A stretch of DNA of 64,000 nucleotides from Flavobacteriales bacterium (GTDB lineage Bacteria > Bacteroidota > Bacteroidia > Palsa-965). The notes below the pieces were generated by a model that saw only the letters and a list, made by a program, of their open reading frames with translations, was not told the DNA's origin and ran no database searches. The translations under genes and the position numbers were made by a program. The stretch is taken from assembly GCA_040377305.1 (NCBI GenBank), contig JBEIPA010000024.1, forward strand, positions 12,954-76,953, written 5' to 3'. Positions 9,861 through 19,722 of this stretch are shown one piece after another. Positions within the stretch are counted from its first letter, which is position 1. Each line of letters opens with the position of its first letter.

Positions 9861-10340
9861 ATGAAAGAAATAAAACAGCTGCTTGCAATTACTCAGAGCT
9901 TAAAGAATAAATACGTTCACCTTAATAAACAGTTCAGTCTCGATGGCAAGTTGGTTGGTGATATTGGTGAAGTGCTGGCAGCGGAGAAATATGGTTTGAG
10001 GCTTTATCCTGAAAATGCTGTTGTGCACGACGCTGAAGAAATTTCAAGCGGTAGGAAGGTTCAGATAAAGGCTACGTTTAATAGATCTTTCAGTTTTCCG
10101 TTCGGTCCTGAAAGAATACCTGACTACTTATTAGCAGTAGCGATTGACACAGAAGGATGTCTTGAAGAGGTGTTTAACGGGCCAGGCAGTTATGTGGTTG
10201 AACACTACATCCTCAAAGACAGTTTGCGGCCTTATGGAAATGCCTATTACACCCTTGCAAAAGGGAAGTTGAAAGAACTAAACAAGTCAGTTCCTGCTCA
10301 GGACAAATTGAGGATAGTAAACAGTAAACTGGAATGTTGA
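9861..10340 (+). CDS. small PD-(D/E)XK-like protein (DUF6998-like)
   Basis: 'FSLDGKLVGDIGEVLAAEKYGL...HDA...VQIKAT' pattern. Confidence 0.65.
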   Translation: MKEIKQLLAITQSLKNKYVHLNKQFSLDGKLVGDIGEVLAAEKYGLRLYPENAVVHDAEEISSGRKVQIKATFNRSFSFPFGPERIPDYLLAVAIDTEGCLEEVFNGPGSYVVEHYILKDSLRPYGNAYYTLAKGKLKELNKSVPAQDKLRIVNSKLEC

Positions 10341-10397
10341 TAAAGTTCAGCGTATCCTTTCTGAACTTTCGATTTCCAAAGCCGTGGCGGAAAGTAA

Positions 10398-10439
10398 GCC
10401 ACCTTGCTACCTTAGAGTACTCTAAGGTAGCAAGGTGGC
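10398..10439. repeat. perfect 42-bp loop-less palindrome
   Basis: GCCACCTTGCTACCTTAGAGT|ACTCTAAGGTAGCAAGGTGGC. Confidence 0.9.
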
Positions 10440-10453
10440 GTTAAATTTCAAAA

Positions 10454-10499
10454 TGTCCAGTTTTTTTACTAATAAACTGGACAAAAATGCCTATATTTG
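10454..10499 (+). promoter_or_regulatory. putative TA promoter with inverted-repeat operator
   Basis: TGTCCAGTTT-N10-AAACTGGACA followed by TATATTTG -7 box at 10492-10499, upstream of the antitoxin. Confidence 0.6.
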
Positions 10500-10514
10500 G
10501 GTGTTCAAAACAAC

Positions 10515-11240
10515 ATGAAACTAGCTGATCTAATAGCATTTAAGCTGTCCCGTTTTCCCAAGGGATATGTTTTCACCTATGCCGATTTTATCAGTACGGT
10601 GAACGGGAAAGAAGCGGTGATAAAAGCCCTGAACCGGATGGTGGTTTCGGGTAAAATTTCCAAGCTTTCAAAAGGCAGGTACTATAAACCGGAAGGCACA
10701 CTCTTTGGTAATCTGCAACCCAATCAGGCACAAATTGTAAAAGACCTGTTGGAAGCGGATGGAAAAATTACCGGATACCTGACCGGCTACAGTATTTACA
10801 ATCAATTGGGTTTAACTACACAGGTAAGTAATACCATACAGATCGGGAAGAACCAGATACGCCCCGATTTCAAAAGAGAGCGCTACACCATTTCATTTGT
10901 TCAGCAGAAGAATACCATCACCAAAGAAAATATTCCTTTGCTACAGATACTGGATGCAATACGCTACATCAAAAAAATTCCGGACGCAACAATAGACTCC
11001 TCCTGCCGGAGATTTCTAACCATCCTGAAAGACCTTTCATTAAAAGATAAACGTGTGCTGGTCCGCCTGGCCATGAAATATCCTCCGGCAACAAAAGCAT
11101 TGACCGGCGCCCTGCTGGAGGAGCTGAAAAAAATAGCTCTTGCCCTTCCACTCTATCAGTCGCTGAATCCGATTTCAAAATACAAGCTTGCTGGTGCCGG
11201 TAAAGCACTGTCGCGAACAGAAAAATGGAACATTGTATGA
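10515..11240 (+). CDS. type IV TA antitoxin, AbiEi-like (DUF6088 family)
   Basis: N-terminal wHTH 'KALNRMVVSGKISKLSKGRYYKP', 'GYLTGYSIYNQLGLTTQV'; ATGA-coupled to the AbiEii-like gene. Confidence 0.85.
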   Translation: MKLADLIAFKLSRFPKGYVFTYADFISTVNGKEAVIKALNRMVVSGKISKLSKGRYYKPEGTLFGNLQPNQAQIVKDLLEADGKITGYLTGYSIYNQLGLTTQVSNTIQIGKNQIRPDFKRERYTISFVQQKNTITKENIPLLQILDAIRYIKKIPDATIDSSCRRFLTILKDLSLKDKRVLVRLAMKYPPATKALTGALLEELKKIALALPLYQSLNPISKYKLAGAGKALSRTEKWNIV

Positions 11241-12226
11241 AGCTGCACGAAGACAAAACCCTTTTCAGGCAAGCTATTCAGTTCACCGCTGATCAGATGA
11301 AAATTGCTGCGGTATATGTAGAGAAAGACTATTGGGTAACCTACGCCCTCTACACCATTTTCAAGAGCGAACTCGGAAAGGACACCGTCTTTAAGGGAGG
11401 CACTGCTTTGTCGAAATGCTACAAAATGATTGAGCGTTTTTCGGAAGACATTGATCTTGTTGTGTTGAGACGTGAAGGAGAAGCGGATGCGAAGATGAAG
11501 AACAAACTCAAAGCGATCAGCAGCGTGGTGAATGAAGTTCTTCCTGAAATTGAAGTAGAAGGCATCACCAACAAGAAAGGGATGAATCGGAAGACGGCAC
11601 ACAATTACGGGAAAGAATTTTCCGGCGATTATGGGCAAGTACGTGATATCATCGTGCTGGAATCAACCTGGCTCGGTTATCCGGAACCAAGTACAAACCG
11701 AATGCTGGTATCCTTCGTTGGAGATATGATGACCAATAACGGGCAGGAAGCAGTAGCCAATGAACACGGATTGCTTCCATTCGAAGTTCAGGTTCTGGAA
11801 CCAACACGAACAGTGTGCGAAAAAATCATGAGCCTCGTCCGGTTTTCCTATGAAGAAAACCCTGTTGAAGTTCTGAAGAAAAAGATACGTCACGCATACG
11901 ACCTGCATCAATTGCTGCAACAGAAAGAATTCTCTGACTTTCTGAATTCGGCTGATTTTGATGTTATGCTCCTGAAAGTTGCAAACGATGATGTGGCCAG
12001 CTACAAGAACTTCAACAAATGGCTGGTTCACCACCCGGTTGAAGCACTTGTATTTAAAGACCTCGAAAATGTCTGGAAAGACCTTGCCCCTGTTTACAAT
12101 AATGAGTTCGGTAAACTGGTTTATGGTAACTTACCTGACCAAAATGCTGTGCAGGAAACCCTGAAAATGATCCGTGAACGACTGAAGAAGGTTTCCTGGA
12201 ATATTAATCCAGACACGAAAGAATGA
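11237..12226 (+). CDS. nucleotidyltransferase toxin, AbiEii/AbiGii family
   Basis: 'VEKDYWVT', 'FKGGTALSK', 'RFSEDIDL', 'EKI', 'RHAYDL' motifs. Confidence 0.92.
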   Translation: MKLHEDKTLFRQAIQFTADQMKIAAVYVEKDYWVTYALYTIFKSELGKDTVFKGGTALSKCYKMIERFSEDIDLVVLRREGEADAKMKNKLKAISSVVNEVLPEIEVEGITNKKGMNRKTAHNYGKEFSGDYGQVRDIIVLESTWLGYPEPSTNRMLVSFVGDMMTNNGQEAVANEHGLLPFEVQVLEPTRTVCEKIMSLVRFSYEENPVEVLKKKIRHAYDLHQLLQQKEFSDFLNSADFDVMLLKVANDDVASYKNFNKWLVHHPVEALVFKDLENVWKDLAPVYNNEFGKLVYGNLPDQNAVQETLKMIRERLKKVSWNINPDTKE

Positions 12227-15200
12227 AATTCACGGAAGCGAAATTAGAACAGGCTTTTACCGAACTCCTCGGTCAACAAGGTTATCCGCATTGTATTGGT
12301 GCTACTATTGCACGCACCACAGACGAAGTGCTGATTGAAGAAGATCTCGAGCAGTTTCTGTTGAAGCGTTATGCGACTGAAGGAATCACACTGAATGAGG
12401 TAAAGTCCATTGTGCTCCAGCTAAAGGCGCTTCCCGCTTCCGATCTTTATGAAAGCAACAAAACGTTTATGCACATGCTCTCCGACGGGTTTCTGCTCAA
12501 ACGTGAGGATCGCAGTAATAAAGACATTTACATTCAGTTAATCGATTACACCGGATTAGACAAACACAAGCAGCCTGATTCAGATCAATTGATATCCGTA
12601 GCGGCAGAAGATCGTCCAGACATTCACACAGACCGAAATATTTACCGGTTTGTCAATCAGTTGGAGATTACAGGCAACGAAAAACGTATTCCGGACGGTA
12701 TTATTTACGTCAACGGTTTACCGCTTGTAGTGTTTGAATTTAAAACAGCGATAAGAGAAGAATGCACAATTCACGACGCATATGTACAATTGACCACTCG
12801 TTACACACGCGATATTCCGGAACTGTTGAAGTATAACGCGTTTTGCGTAATAAGCGATGGAGTCAACAATAAATCGGGATCGTTGTTTGCTCCTTATGAA
12901 TTTTTTTATGGCTGGAGAAGAGTAGCAGGACTGGCGAAAGACGTTGATGGTATAGACAGCATGTTTACGCTTGTTCAGGGAATGTTTGAACACGCCCGTT
13001 TCCGGGATATCCTCCGGAACTTTATTTACGTGCCCGACACTTCAAAGAAGAACGAGAAAATTGTTTGTCGGTATCCGCAGTTCTACGCAGCACGTGCACT
13101 TTTCGAAAACATAAAAAAGGCTCAAAAACCAAAGGGAGACGGTAAAGGAGGAACCTATTTCGGCGCAACGGGTTGTGGGAAAAGCTTCACCATGCTTTAT
13201 CTCACACGCTTGCTCATGAAAAGCGAACACTTCGAGAGTCCAACCATTGTATTGATTACAGACCGAACAGATCTTGATGACCAATTGTCGGGACAATTTA
13301 CCAATGCCAAGAAATTCATTGGTGACAACACAATCGTAAGTGTGGAAAGCAGAGATGATCTTCGTTCCCGTTTACAGGGTCGGCAAAGCGGAGGTGTTTT
13401 TCTTACGACCATTCATAAGTTCACCGAAGACACGGAGTTGCTTACAACACGTAACAATGTTATCTGTATATCAGATGAAGCGCACCGAAGTCAGCTGAAC
13501 ATGGACCAGAAAGTAAAGGTCACTGATAAAGGAGTAAAGAAGACATTTGGCTTTGCGAAATACCTTCACGATAGTTTACCCAACGCAACATTTGTTGGTT
13601 TCACCGGAACACCCATCGATGGGACGCTTCACGTATTTGGTGGAGTGATTGACGCATATACCATGACTGAATCTGTACGGGATGAGATTACTGTAAGAAT
13701 TGTTTATGAAGGAAGAGCAGCAAGAGTTGTGCTCAACAACACCGAACTAGAGAAGATTGAAAAATACTATCAGGAAGTTGCGGAATCGGGAGCGAATGAA
13801 TATCAGATTGAGCAGAGTAAAGAAGATTCTGCAAAAATGAATGCGATTCTTGGCGATCCGAAACGATTGAAAACCCTTGCACAGGATTTTGTTGACCATT
13901 ATGAGAAGCGTGTTGGCGAAGGAGCAACGGTCAAAGGCAAAGCCATGTTCGTATGCAGTAACCGGGAAATAGCGTATCAGTTATACAAGAACGTAATTGC
14001 ACTTCGTCCGGAATGGAATAAAATTCTTGCTGCCGAAGAAGGAGCGGAATTAACTGAGAAAGATAAACGTGAGCTGAAACCGATTGAACGGATCAAGATG
14101 ATCATGACCCGTGGCAAAGACGATGTGAAAGAAATGTGGGATTTACTGGGTACGTCAGATGACAGGAAAGAACTTGATCGTCAGTTCAAGAACGAAAAAT
14201 CGAATTTCAAGATTGCGATTGTGGTTGACATGTGGCTAACTGGATTCGATGTTCCGTTTTTGGATTCCATCTATATCGACAAACCAATACAACAACATAA
14301 TCTCATTCAGACCATATCTAGGGTCAATCGGAAATATGCGGGAAAGAATAAGGGGCTAGTTGTGGATTACATCGGCATCAAAAAGCAGATGAATCTTGCA
14401 TTGGCATTGTATAACGCGGGCGACAAAGATAACTTCGAGGATATAGCTCAGTCGTTGATTGTTGTGCGCGATCATCTTGATCTGATTGGTAAATTGATGC
14501 ATAAGTTCGATAACAGCGCGTACTTTAAAGGAAGTGCACTCGAACAATTGCACGCATTGAATATGGCGGCTGAATTCGTTCAGCAAAGCAAGGAACAGGA
14601 AACCCGTTTCATGGGACTGGTGAAGAGGCTGAAGGCTGCTTACGATATTTGTGCGGGAAGTGAGTTGCTCACCCAGAAAGAAAGAGATTTCACTCACTTC
14701 TATCTTGCCATCCGTTCGATCGTTTTCAAACTAACGAAAGGGAATGCGCCCGATACTGCGCAGATGAATGCGCGCGTGCGTGAAATGATCAAAGATGCTT
14801 TGCTGAGCGATGGTGTAGAAGAAATATTCAAACTGGGAGAAGAGGCTGGTTCAGAACAAGACATTTTCGATGCTGATTATCTCGCGAAAATCGAGAAGAT
14901 CAAATTGCCGCACACAAAGATCAAATTGCTGCAGCAGTTGCTGGCCAAAGTAATTGAAGAAATTAAAAAAGTAAACAAAGTCAAGGGAATTGACTTTTCG
15001 AAGAAAATGCAGTCATTGGTTGACCGGTACAATCAGCGCGATGAGAACAATGTTTTTCGAAGCGAGCTGTTTGATGAAATTGCTGAGTCTCTTACAAACA
15101 TGATCTGGGAAGTTCACCAGGAGTTTTCCGCTGGTGACGCATTAGGAATCGGTTTTGAAGAAAAAGCCTTCTACGATATTCTGAAAGAGCTCTGTGGTAA

Positions 15201-15435
15201 GTATGACTTCACGTATCCTGAGGACAAACTGATTGACTTGTCAAAAGCCGTTAAAGATCTCGTCGATTCACAATCCAAATTTCCGGATTGGAACAAACGG
15301 GATGATATCAAATCATCGTTGAAAGTTGGACTGATTTTGTTGCTTGATGAGTTTGGGTATCCGCCGGTTGAAAGAGATGAAGTGTATGTGGAGATTTTTG
15401 AACAGGCGGAGAATTTTAAGAAAAATAGAAGCTGA
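12223..15435 (+). CDS. hsdR: type I restriction endonuclease subunit R
   Basis: 'PDGIIYVNGLPLVVFEFK', Walker A GATGCGKS, DEAHR, 'GFTGTP', 'DMWLTGFD', 'QTISRVNR'. Confidence 0.96.
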   Translation: MKFTEAKLEQAFTELLGQQGYPHCIGATIARTTDEVLIEEDLEQFLLKRYATEGITLNEVKSIVLQLKALPASDLYESNKTFMHMLSDGFLLKREDRSNKDIYIQLIDYTGLDKHKQPDSDQLISVAAEDRPDIHTDRNIYRFVNQLEITGNEKRIPDGIIYVNGLPLVVFEFKTAIREECTIHDAYVQLTTRYTRDIPELLKYNAFCVISDGVNNKSGSLFAPYEFFYGWRRVAGLAKDVDGIDSMFTLVQGMFEHARFRDILRNFIYVPDTSKKNEKIVCRYPQFYAARALFENIKKAQKPKGDGKGGTYFGATGCGKSFTMLYLTRLLMKSEHFESPTIVLITDRTDLDDQLSGQFTNAKKFIGDNTIVSVESRDDLRSRLQGRQSGGVFLTTIHKFTEDTELLTTRNNVICISDEAHRSQLNMDQKVKVTDKGVKKTFGFAKYLHDSLPNATFVGFTGTPIDGTLHVFGGVIDAYTMTESVRDEITVRIVYEGRAARVVLNNTELEKIEKYYQEVAESGANEYQIEQSKEDSAKMNAILGDPKRLKTLAQDFVDHYEKRVGEGATVKGKAMFVCSNREIAYQLYKNVIALRPEWNKILAAEEGAELTEKDKRELKPIERIKMIMTRGKDDVKEMWDLLGTSDDRKELDRQFKNEKSNFKIAIVVDMWLTGFDVPFLDSIYIDKPIQQHNLIQTISRVNRKYAGKNKGLVVDYIGIKKQMNLALALYNAGDKDNFEDIAQSLIVVRDHLDLIGKLMHKFDNSAYFKGSALEQLHALNMAAEFVQQSKEQETRFMGLVKRLKAAYDICAGSELLTQKERDFTHFYLAIRSIVFKLTKGNAPDTAQMNARVREMIKDALLSDGVEEIFKLGEEAGSEQDIFDADYLAKIEKIKLPHTKIKLLQQLLAKVIEEIKKVNKVKGIDFSKKMQSLVDRYNQRDENNVFRSELFDEIAESLTNMIWEVHQEFSAGDALGIGFEEKAFYDILKELCGKYDFTYPEDKLIDLSKAVKDLVDSQSKFPDWNKRDDIKSSLKVGLILLLDEFGYPPVERDEVYVEIFEQAENFKKNRS

Positions 15436-15441
15436 TCAGAA

Positions 15442-16113
15442 ATGGAGAAGAAAAAGCTACCTAAGGTTTTGATTACACACTCCCTCGTTAATGTCTCAAA
15501 GGAGATGTTTAAGCAACATCCTACATTGATAACGCAAATCGTAGAAAAAAGGTCTGGAATTTATGCGCTCTATAAAAACAAGGAACTCTACTATGTTGGT
15601 CGCGCTGCACAACTGAAAAGTCGAGTTAAACGTCATTTGAGCAACCATCACTATCCAAACTGGACCCATTTCAGTTTTTATGTTGTAGAGAACAGTTGGA
15701 TTGGCGAAATAGAATCAATACTGGTTAGAATCGCTAAACCGAAAGGCAACAAAGCAAATCCGAAAGGAAGGGATATTTCACTAAATAAAGACCTGAGCAA
15801 TTTGCTCAAGAAGACATTCAATGAAACTCATGACATATTATTGCCTGGCGCGAAAACCAGCAGATCTAAAATTGCTCAAAATAGAATCTTGAAGGGGTTG
15901 GTTGACAAAAACACTTCGATTTTTAGAACTTACAAAGGGGTTAAGCATACTGCCGTCCTCACCCCAGCTGGCACGATAAGGTACAAGTCGAAAATTTATT
16001 CTTCTGCGACCGCTGCTGCGAAGGCTGTTGTTGACGGTCGAGTAAATGGTTGGCGTTTTTGGAAAATTAAGAACTCTGCCAAACAGTTCGTTAAACTCAA
16101 AGAGTACCGTTAA
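15442..16113 (+). CDS. GIY-YIG nuclease fused to a RAMA/DUF4357-like C-terminal domain
   Basis: 'SGIYALY...YYVGRA...RVKRH'; C-terminal 'YSSATAAAKAV...VNGWRFWK'. Confidence 0.7.
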   Translation: MEKKKLPKVLITHSLVNVSKEMFKQHPTLITQIVEKRSGIYALYKNKELYYVGRAAQLKSRVKRHLSNHHYPNWTHFSFYVVENSWIGEIESILVRIAKPKGNKANPKGRDISLNKDLSNLLKKTFNETHDILLPGAKTSRSKIAQNRILKGLVDKNTSIFRTYKGVKHTAVLTPAGTIRYKSKIYSSATAAAKAVVDGRVNGWRFWKIKNSAKQFVKLKEYR

Positions 16114-16298
16114 TTCAGATATAGCCGCGAATGGCCGAATGCACAAAATGCGGGGCATACACAAAGTTCAACGGTGGACTCTGTTACACAAGGGTACCAC
16201 CTTTCGAGCGTTTAACCTTCGAAGGGTTTACCTTCCTTGCAATAACGCGAGAGCCGCACAATAGTTTTTTGAAGGAGTTGGAGTTGGCACGGATTTGA

Positions 16299-17216
16299 TT
16301 AGTTACGAATACTATCCCGTATAAACTTTTTCAATTCCGTTGTAATTACGACGCCGCTTTGACTGCGGTTTATTTCCTTATTTGATAGCGCTTCCAATCC
16401 ATATTGTATTAAGTTTTTGTCAGTCATCGGCTCCTTCAGGTGCACTAAGAAAATTGGAGTATACGCTTCCGATACTTTTCGGACAATGAACTCAATCTGA
16501 TTCATGCTAAAGCGCGTTTCTTGTTGAATAATTTCAATTCCACCCTCCCGACGAATATTGTACTTATCAAAATAGTGAGACAACATTGCATTGATGTTCT
16601 CGGTTGTCCTCGGATAACTACAACTGTCAAACTTGGGTAAAACTTCAAAGTCTTCTTGACTTAAGGTTTGACCTGACAATAGGTCGAGCTCCTCCTGCTT
16701 TTGTCTAATTGCATATTCAAGATCAGTGATTTCTCCAATCAAATTAGGTGCGAACTTTCTGTAGTAGTAATTTTCTATCACATCCCGGATATAATATACC
16801 AGACCTTTAATGTCATAAGTCTTGCGCGAACCAACAAATAGAAAAGCCAAGATAGTTAGGAGGCCGAGCTGATTTAAGTCCATCAGTTTTCCCAGTTCAT
16901 GCGCGCCCATCCAGTTAAATGACCAAGCAGCGTAATTTAATCCAACATAACTGGCAACCATCAAGAATCGAATTCCCCAAAATACCGTTCGGACAGTTTT
17001 ATCTACTTCCTCTTTCGTAATTAACTTATTCCTTAGTTGAATGCGCAGAGAATTAATTTCTTCTCTAAGCTTTCGCTTCACATCCTCTAAATCCGGTTCT
17101 GCTTTTGTACTTCCGGTGAACTGTCCAAAGGTTAGGACAATGAAAATAATTACAATAATGGCAACTATAATGAAGCCAAGGGTTTTCAACCAAGTTGGAA
17201 ATTTGTTATCAGCCAT
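16299..17216 (-). CDS. hypothetical membrane protein (3 TM segments plus coiled coils)
   Basis: 305 aa ORF with hydrophobic segments at about 10-30, 78-100 and 115-130. Confidence 0.65.
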   Translation of the reverse strand: MADNKFPTWLKTLGFIIVAIIVIIFIVLTFGQFTGSTKAEPDLEDVKRKLREEINSLRIQLRNKLITKEEVDKTVRTVFWGIRFLMVASYVGLNYAAWSFNWMGAHELGKLMDLNQLGLLTILAFLFVGSRKTYDIKGLVYYIRDVIENYYYRKFAPNLIGEITDLEYAIRQKQEELDLLSGQTLSQEDFEVLPKFDSCSYPRTTENINAMLSHYFDKYNIRREGGIEIIQQETRFSMNQIEFIVRKVSEAYTPIFLVHLKEPMTDKNLIQYGLEALSNKEINRSQSGVVITTELKKFIRDSIRN

Positions 17217-17268
17217 CTATTCGAAATTTTGGATTTGCGGAACATTAAGATAGTTAGGTTTAGCCACT

Positions 17269-17300
17269 TTATCCGTTTACAAACGTTTGTAAACGGATAA
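17269..17300. promoter_or_regulatory. dispersed palindrome, copy 2
   Basis: TTATCCGTTTACAAAC|GTTTGTAAACGGATAA, a perfect 32-bp palindrome in a divergent intergenic region. Confidence 0.7.
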
Positions 17301-17343
17301 TCCGACTCAATTTGCTAACTTATCGTCAATATTCACTACCCTT

Positions 17344-18120
17344 TTGTTGAGCACACTTATAATTCCTTGCTATATCAAATCTCAATGGGATCTTGATTGT
17401 CTTCGCCGGCTAATTGCCAGCGTCGAGGTTCAATGCGTTCCGTTCGAAATGGTCTATGTAATTGACGACGCCAGCCCTCTCGAATATTCCATCTCCACTA
17501 GGAACGTTGAACACATCCGCCTCCAAGACAACGGTGGACCCGCTCGCGCCCGCAACATCGGTATTGATAAATCAATCGAGTTAGGTACAAAGCATATCTT
17601 CTTCACCGATCACGACTGCATTCTCGACCAATCCTGGAATGAACAAATGATTCACTTCCTTGACAACTCCGACTTCGGAGCCGTCGGCGGCATGACCTAT
17701 TCGTATGGCAAAACCCTCTACGATTATTACCACGATCTCAACGGAACTCTAAACGGCAAATGGTTGCTACCTGACCGAAAAGAACTCTGGTACATGCCAT
17801 CCTTGAATTTCGGAATGAAAGCGGAAGTTGCGGAACAATTCTATTTCGACGAGAGTTTCCCTACCGCTGCCGGAGAAGATGTTGATTTGTGCCTTCGGTT
17901 GAGGAGTAAATACAAAATCGGTTTTTGTGCCGAAGCAAAACTCTGGCACGACTACGGTTACAAAAATCTATTGAGCTTTCCTCGATTCGTAAAGTTGTTC
18001 AAGAAGTACAAAAGTTCCAGTGCAACAGTGTATGAAGGTCATACGGTTCTGCTATGGGATTCGTCTGAGTCAATCTATAAAGGAAACATGCATGAGTCTA
18101 ATCTATCGAATCAGGGGTAA
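17344..18120 (+). CDS. glycosyltransferase family 2
   Basis: 'IIPCY', 'IDDASP', 'NGGPARARNIG', 'FTDHDC', 'FDESF...GEDVDLCLRL'; TTG start. Confidence 0.9.
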   Translation: MLSTLIIPCYIKSQWDLDCLRRLIASVEVQCVPFEMVYVIDDASPLEYSISTRNVEHIRLQDNGGPARARNIGIDKSIELGTKHIFFTDHDCILDQSWNEQMIHFLDNSDFGAVGGMTYSYGKTLYDYYHDLNGTLNGKWLLPDRKELWYMPSLNFGMKAEVAEQFYFDESFPTAAGEDVDLCLRLRSKYKIGFCAEAKLWHDYGYKNLLSFPRFVKLFKKYKSSSATVYEGHTVLLWDSSESIYKGNMHESNLSNQG

Positions 18121-19108
18121 ACAACCTTCCTTGTTGCATGGTTACTACGACTATATCGGAGAGATAAAACCGTTTGTAAAAAGGATTGATCGTTGGTGGA
18201 TGGTTCCACCACTTGTAATTCTTAAGTCAATTGAGTGGAGTATATATCGTTGGTACAAAACACCCATCCGAAGATTCTACGGAGTAAAAGGCAATGAACT
18301 GATCTATATGATCACCAACCGTTGCAATGATCGCTGTCCTAAATGCGGCATTTGGGAAAGACCTGAATCAAATGCTGATCACCTAAAGGTTGAACACTTT
18401 CTCGATTGCCTCAGAAGATTGCACAAGAATTTATACCAGGTCACGCTTACCGGAGGGGAACCCTTACTCTTCAAAAATGATGTGATGCTGATCGCGGAAG
18501 AAGCCCGAAAGTTAGATGTTACAATGCTGATCGTTACGAATGCGCGATTTCTCACCGAAGAGTTTCTACTGCGTTATGCCGAACTACAACACATTCTTGT
18601 AATATCAGTAGATGCCGTTGACAAGGAAAAGTGGAACGAATTCCGGGGACGAAACAATTTCGAAATCGGGATGAAGAACATTTTAATGGCTCATAGAATC
18701 CTGAAGGACAAATTGCGGATTCAATCGGTACTGTCTGATGAAATGCGGAGTGAAACTCCGAAAGTCATTGAATTCTGTAAGAAACTTGGAATCCCTCACG
18801 TAATCCAGATGTATCAGGATTTTGGTGGAGTCTGGAACGTGAAGGATAAATACGCCTTGGCTGAAAGTGGAGTTCCGTGTGCTGCACGAAAGAACATTTG
18901 CATCTATCCGAATGGTGATGTTGTGAAGTGCTTTGATCACCGGAGAATTCCTTTGGCGAAAGATCCGTTGGGAAATATTGCAAAGGAAGATATCATTTCT
19001 ATCCTCTGTAAGAAGCGATCAACGGAAATTTCGAAGCTGATGAAGACATGTAATTTCCCTTGTAAGAATATGTCTTGTAATAAACCTCCAGCTCTCTTAA
19101 AAGCATGA
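18092..19108 (+). CDS. radical SAM protein with SPASM/twitch domain
   Basis: CNDRCPKC (CX3CX2C), 'TGGEPLL', C-terminal 'CAARKNICIYPNGDVVKC...GNI...C..PC...C'. Confidence 0.9.
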   Translation: MSLIYRIRGKQPSLLHGYYDYIGEIKPFVKRIDRWWMVPPLVILKSIEWSIYRWYKTPIRRFYGVKGNELIYMITNRCNDRCPKCGIWERPESNADHLKVEHFLDCLRRLHKNLYQVTLTGGEPLLFKNDVMLIAEEARKLDVTMLIVTNARFLTEEFLLRYAELQHILVISVDAVDKEKWNEFRGRNNFEIGMKNILMAHRILKDKLRIQSVLSDEMRSETPKVIEFCKKLGIPHVIQMYQDFGGVWNVKDKYALAESGVPCAARKNICIYPNGDVVKCFDHRRIPLAKDPLGNIAKEDIISILCKKRSTEISKLMKTCNFPCKNMSCNKPPALLKA

Positions 19109-19722
19109 TACTGTCGTCTGTCCATTCAGATTCTATTGAGGAGTCCAAGGTGATATTTACATACGATTGGTTCAGTCACAATATTCCTAATTGGGAATTG
19201 TGGCTGAAGAAATTTATTGGAAAGCCGTATTTATCATTTCTAGAACTAGGTTGCTATGAAGGGATGGCAACAAGATGGTTGCTGAATAACATACTTACAA
19301 GTCCGGATTCAAATATTACTGTAGTAGATACTTTCCAGGGAAGTCTCGAGCATCGCAATCTAGACAACAGTAGAATTCTGAAACACTTCCGAAATAACAT
19401 CAACTTTGACCCACGCGTCGAAATCGTTCACTCAACCACAAACGCTTTTCTGAAAAGCACCAATCAGTTTTTCGATTTCGTTTACATAGACGCTTCGCAT
19501 ACAGCTAAGGATGTAATGATGGATGCCCTTTTATCGTGGGATAGATTGAAGGAAGGCGGGGTAATGATCTTTGACGATTATGAATGGAAAAAATACTCTA
19601 AGACTTCAAAGCTGCATCCCCAAATGGCAATTGATTGCTTTTTGAAAATGTATAAAGGAGAATACACTGAAGTTGGTAGAGGGTATCAGATTTGCATAAT
19701 GAAAAAATCGTTTCATCAATGA
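19105..19722 (+). CDS. class I SAM-dependent methyltransferase (Methyltransf_24-like)
   Basis: 'LELGCYEG', 'VDTF', 'FDFVYIDASH', 'LKEGGVMIFDDY'. Confidence 0.88.
   Translation: MILSSVHSDSIEESKVIFTYDWFSHNIPNWELWLKKFIGKPYLSFLELGCYEGMATRWLLNNILTSPDSNITVVDTFQGSLEHRNLDNSRILKHFRNNINFDPRVEIVHSTTNAFLKSTNQFFDFVYIDASHTAKDVMMDALLSWDRLKEGGVMIFDDYEWKKYSKTSKLHPQMAIDCFLKMYKGEYTEVGRGYQICIMKKSFHQ

Noticed and set aside
17344-19108. Mycofactocin or other RiPP cluster (MftF-like GT plus SPASM enzyme)
   Set aside because: No precursor peptide, RRE/MftB chaperone or peptidase seen nearby.
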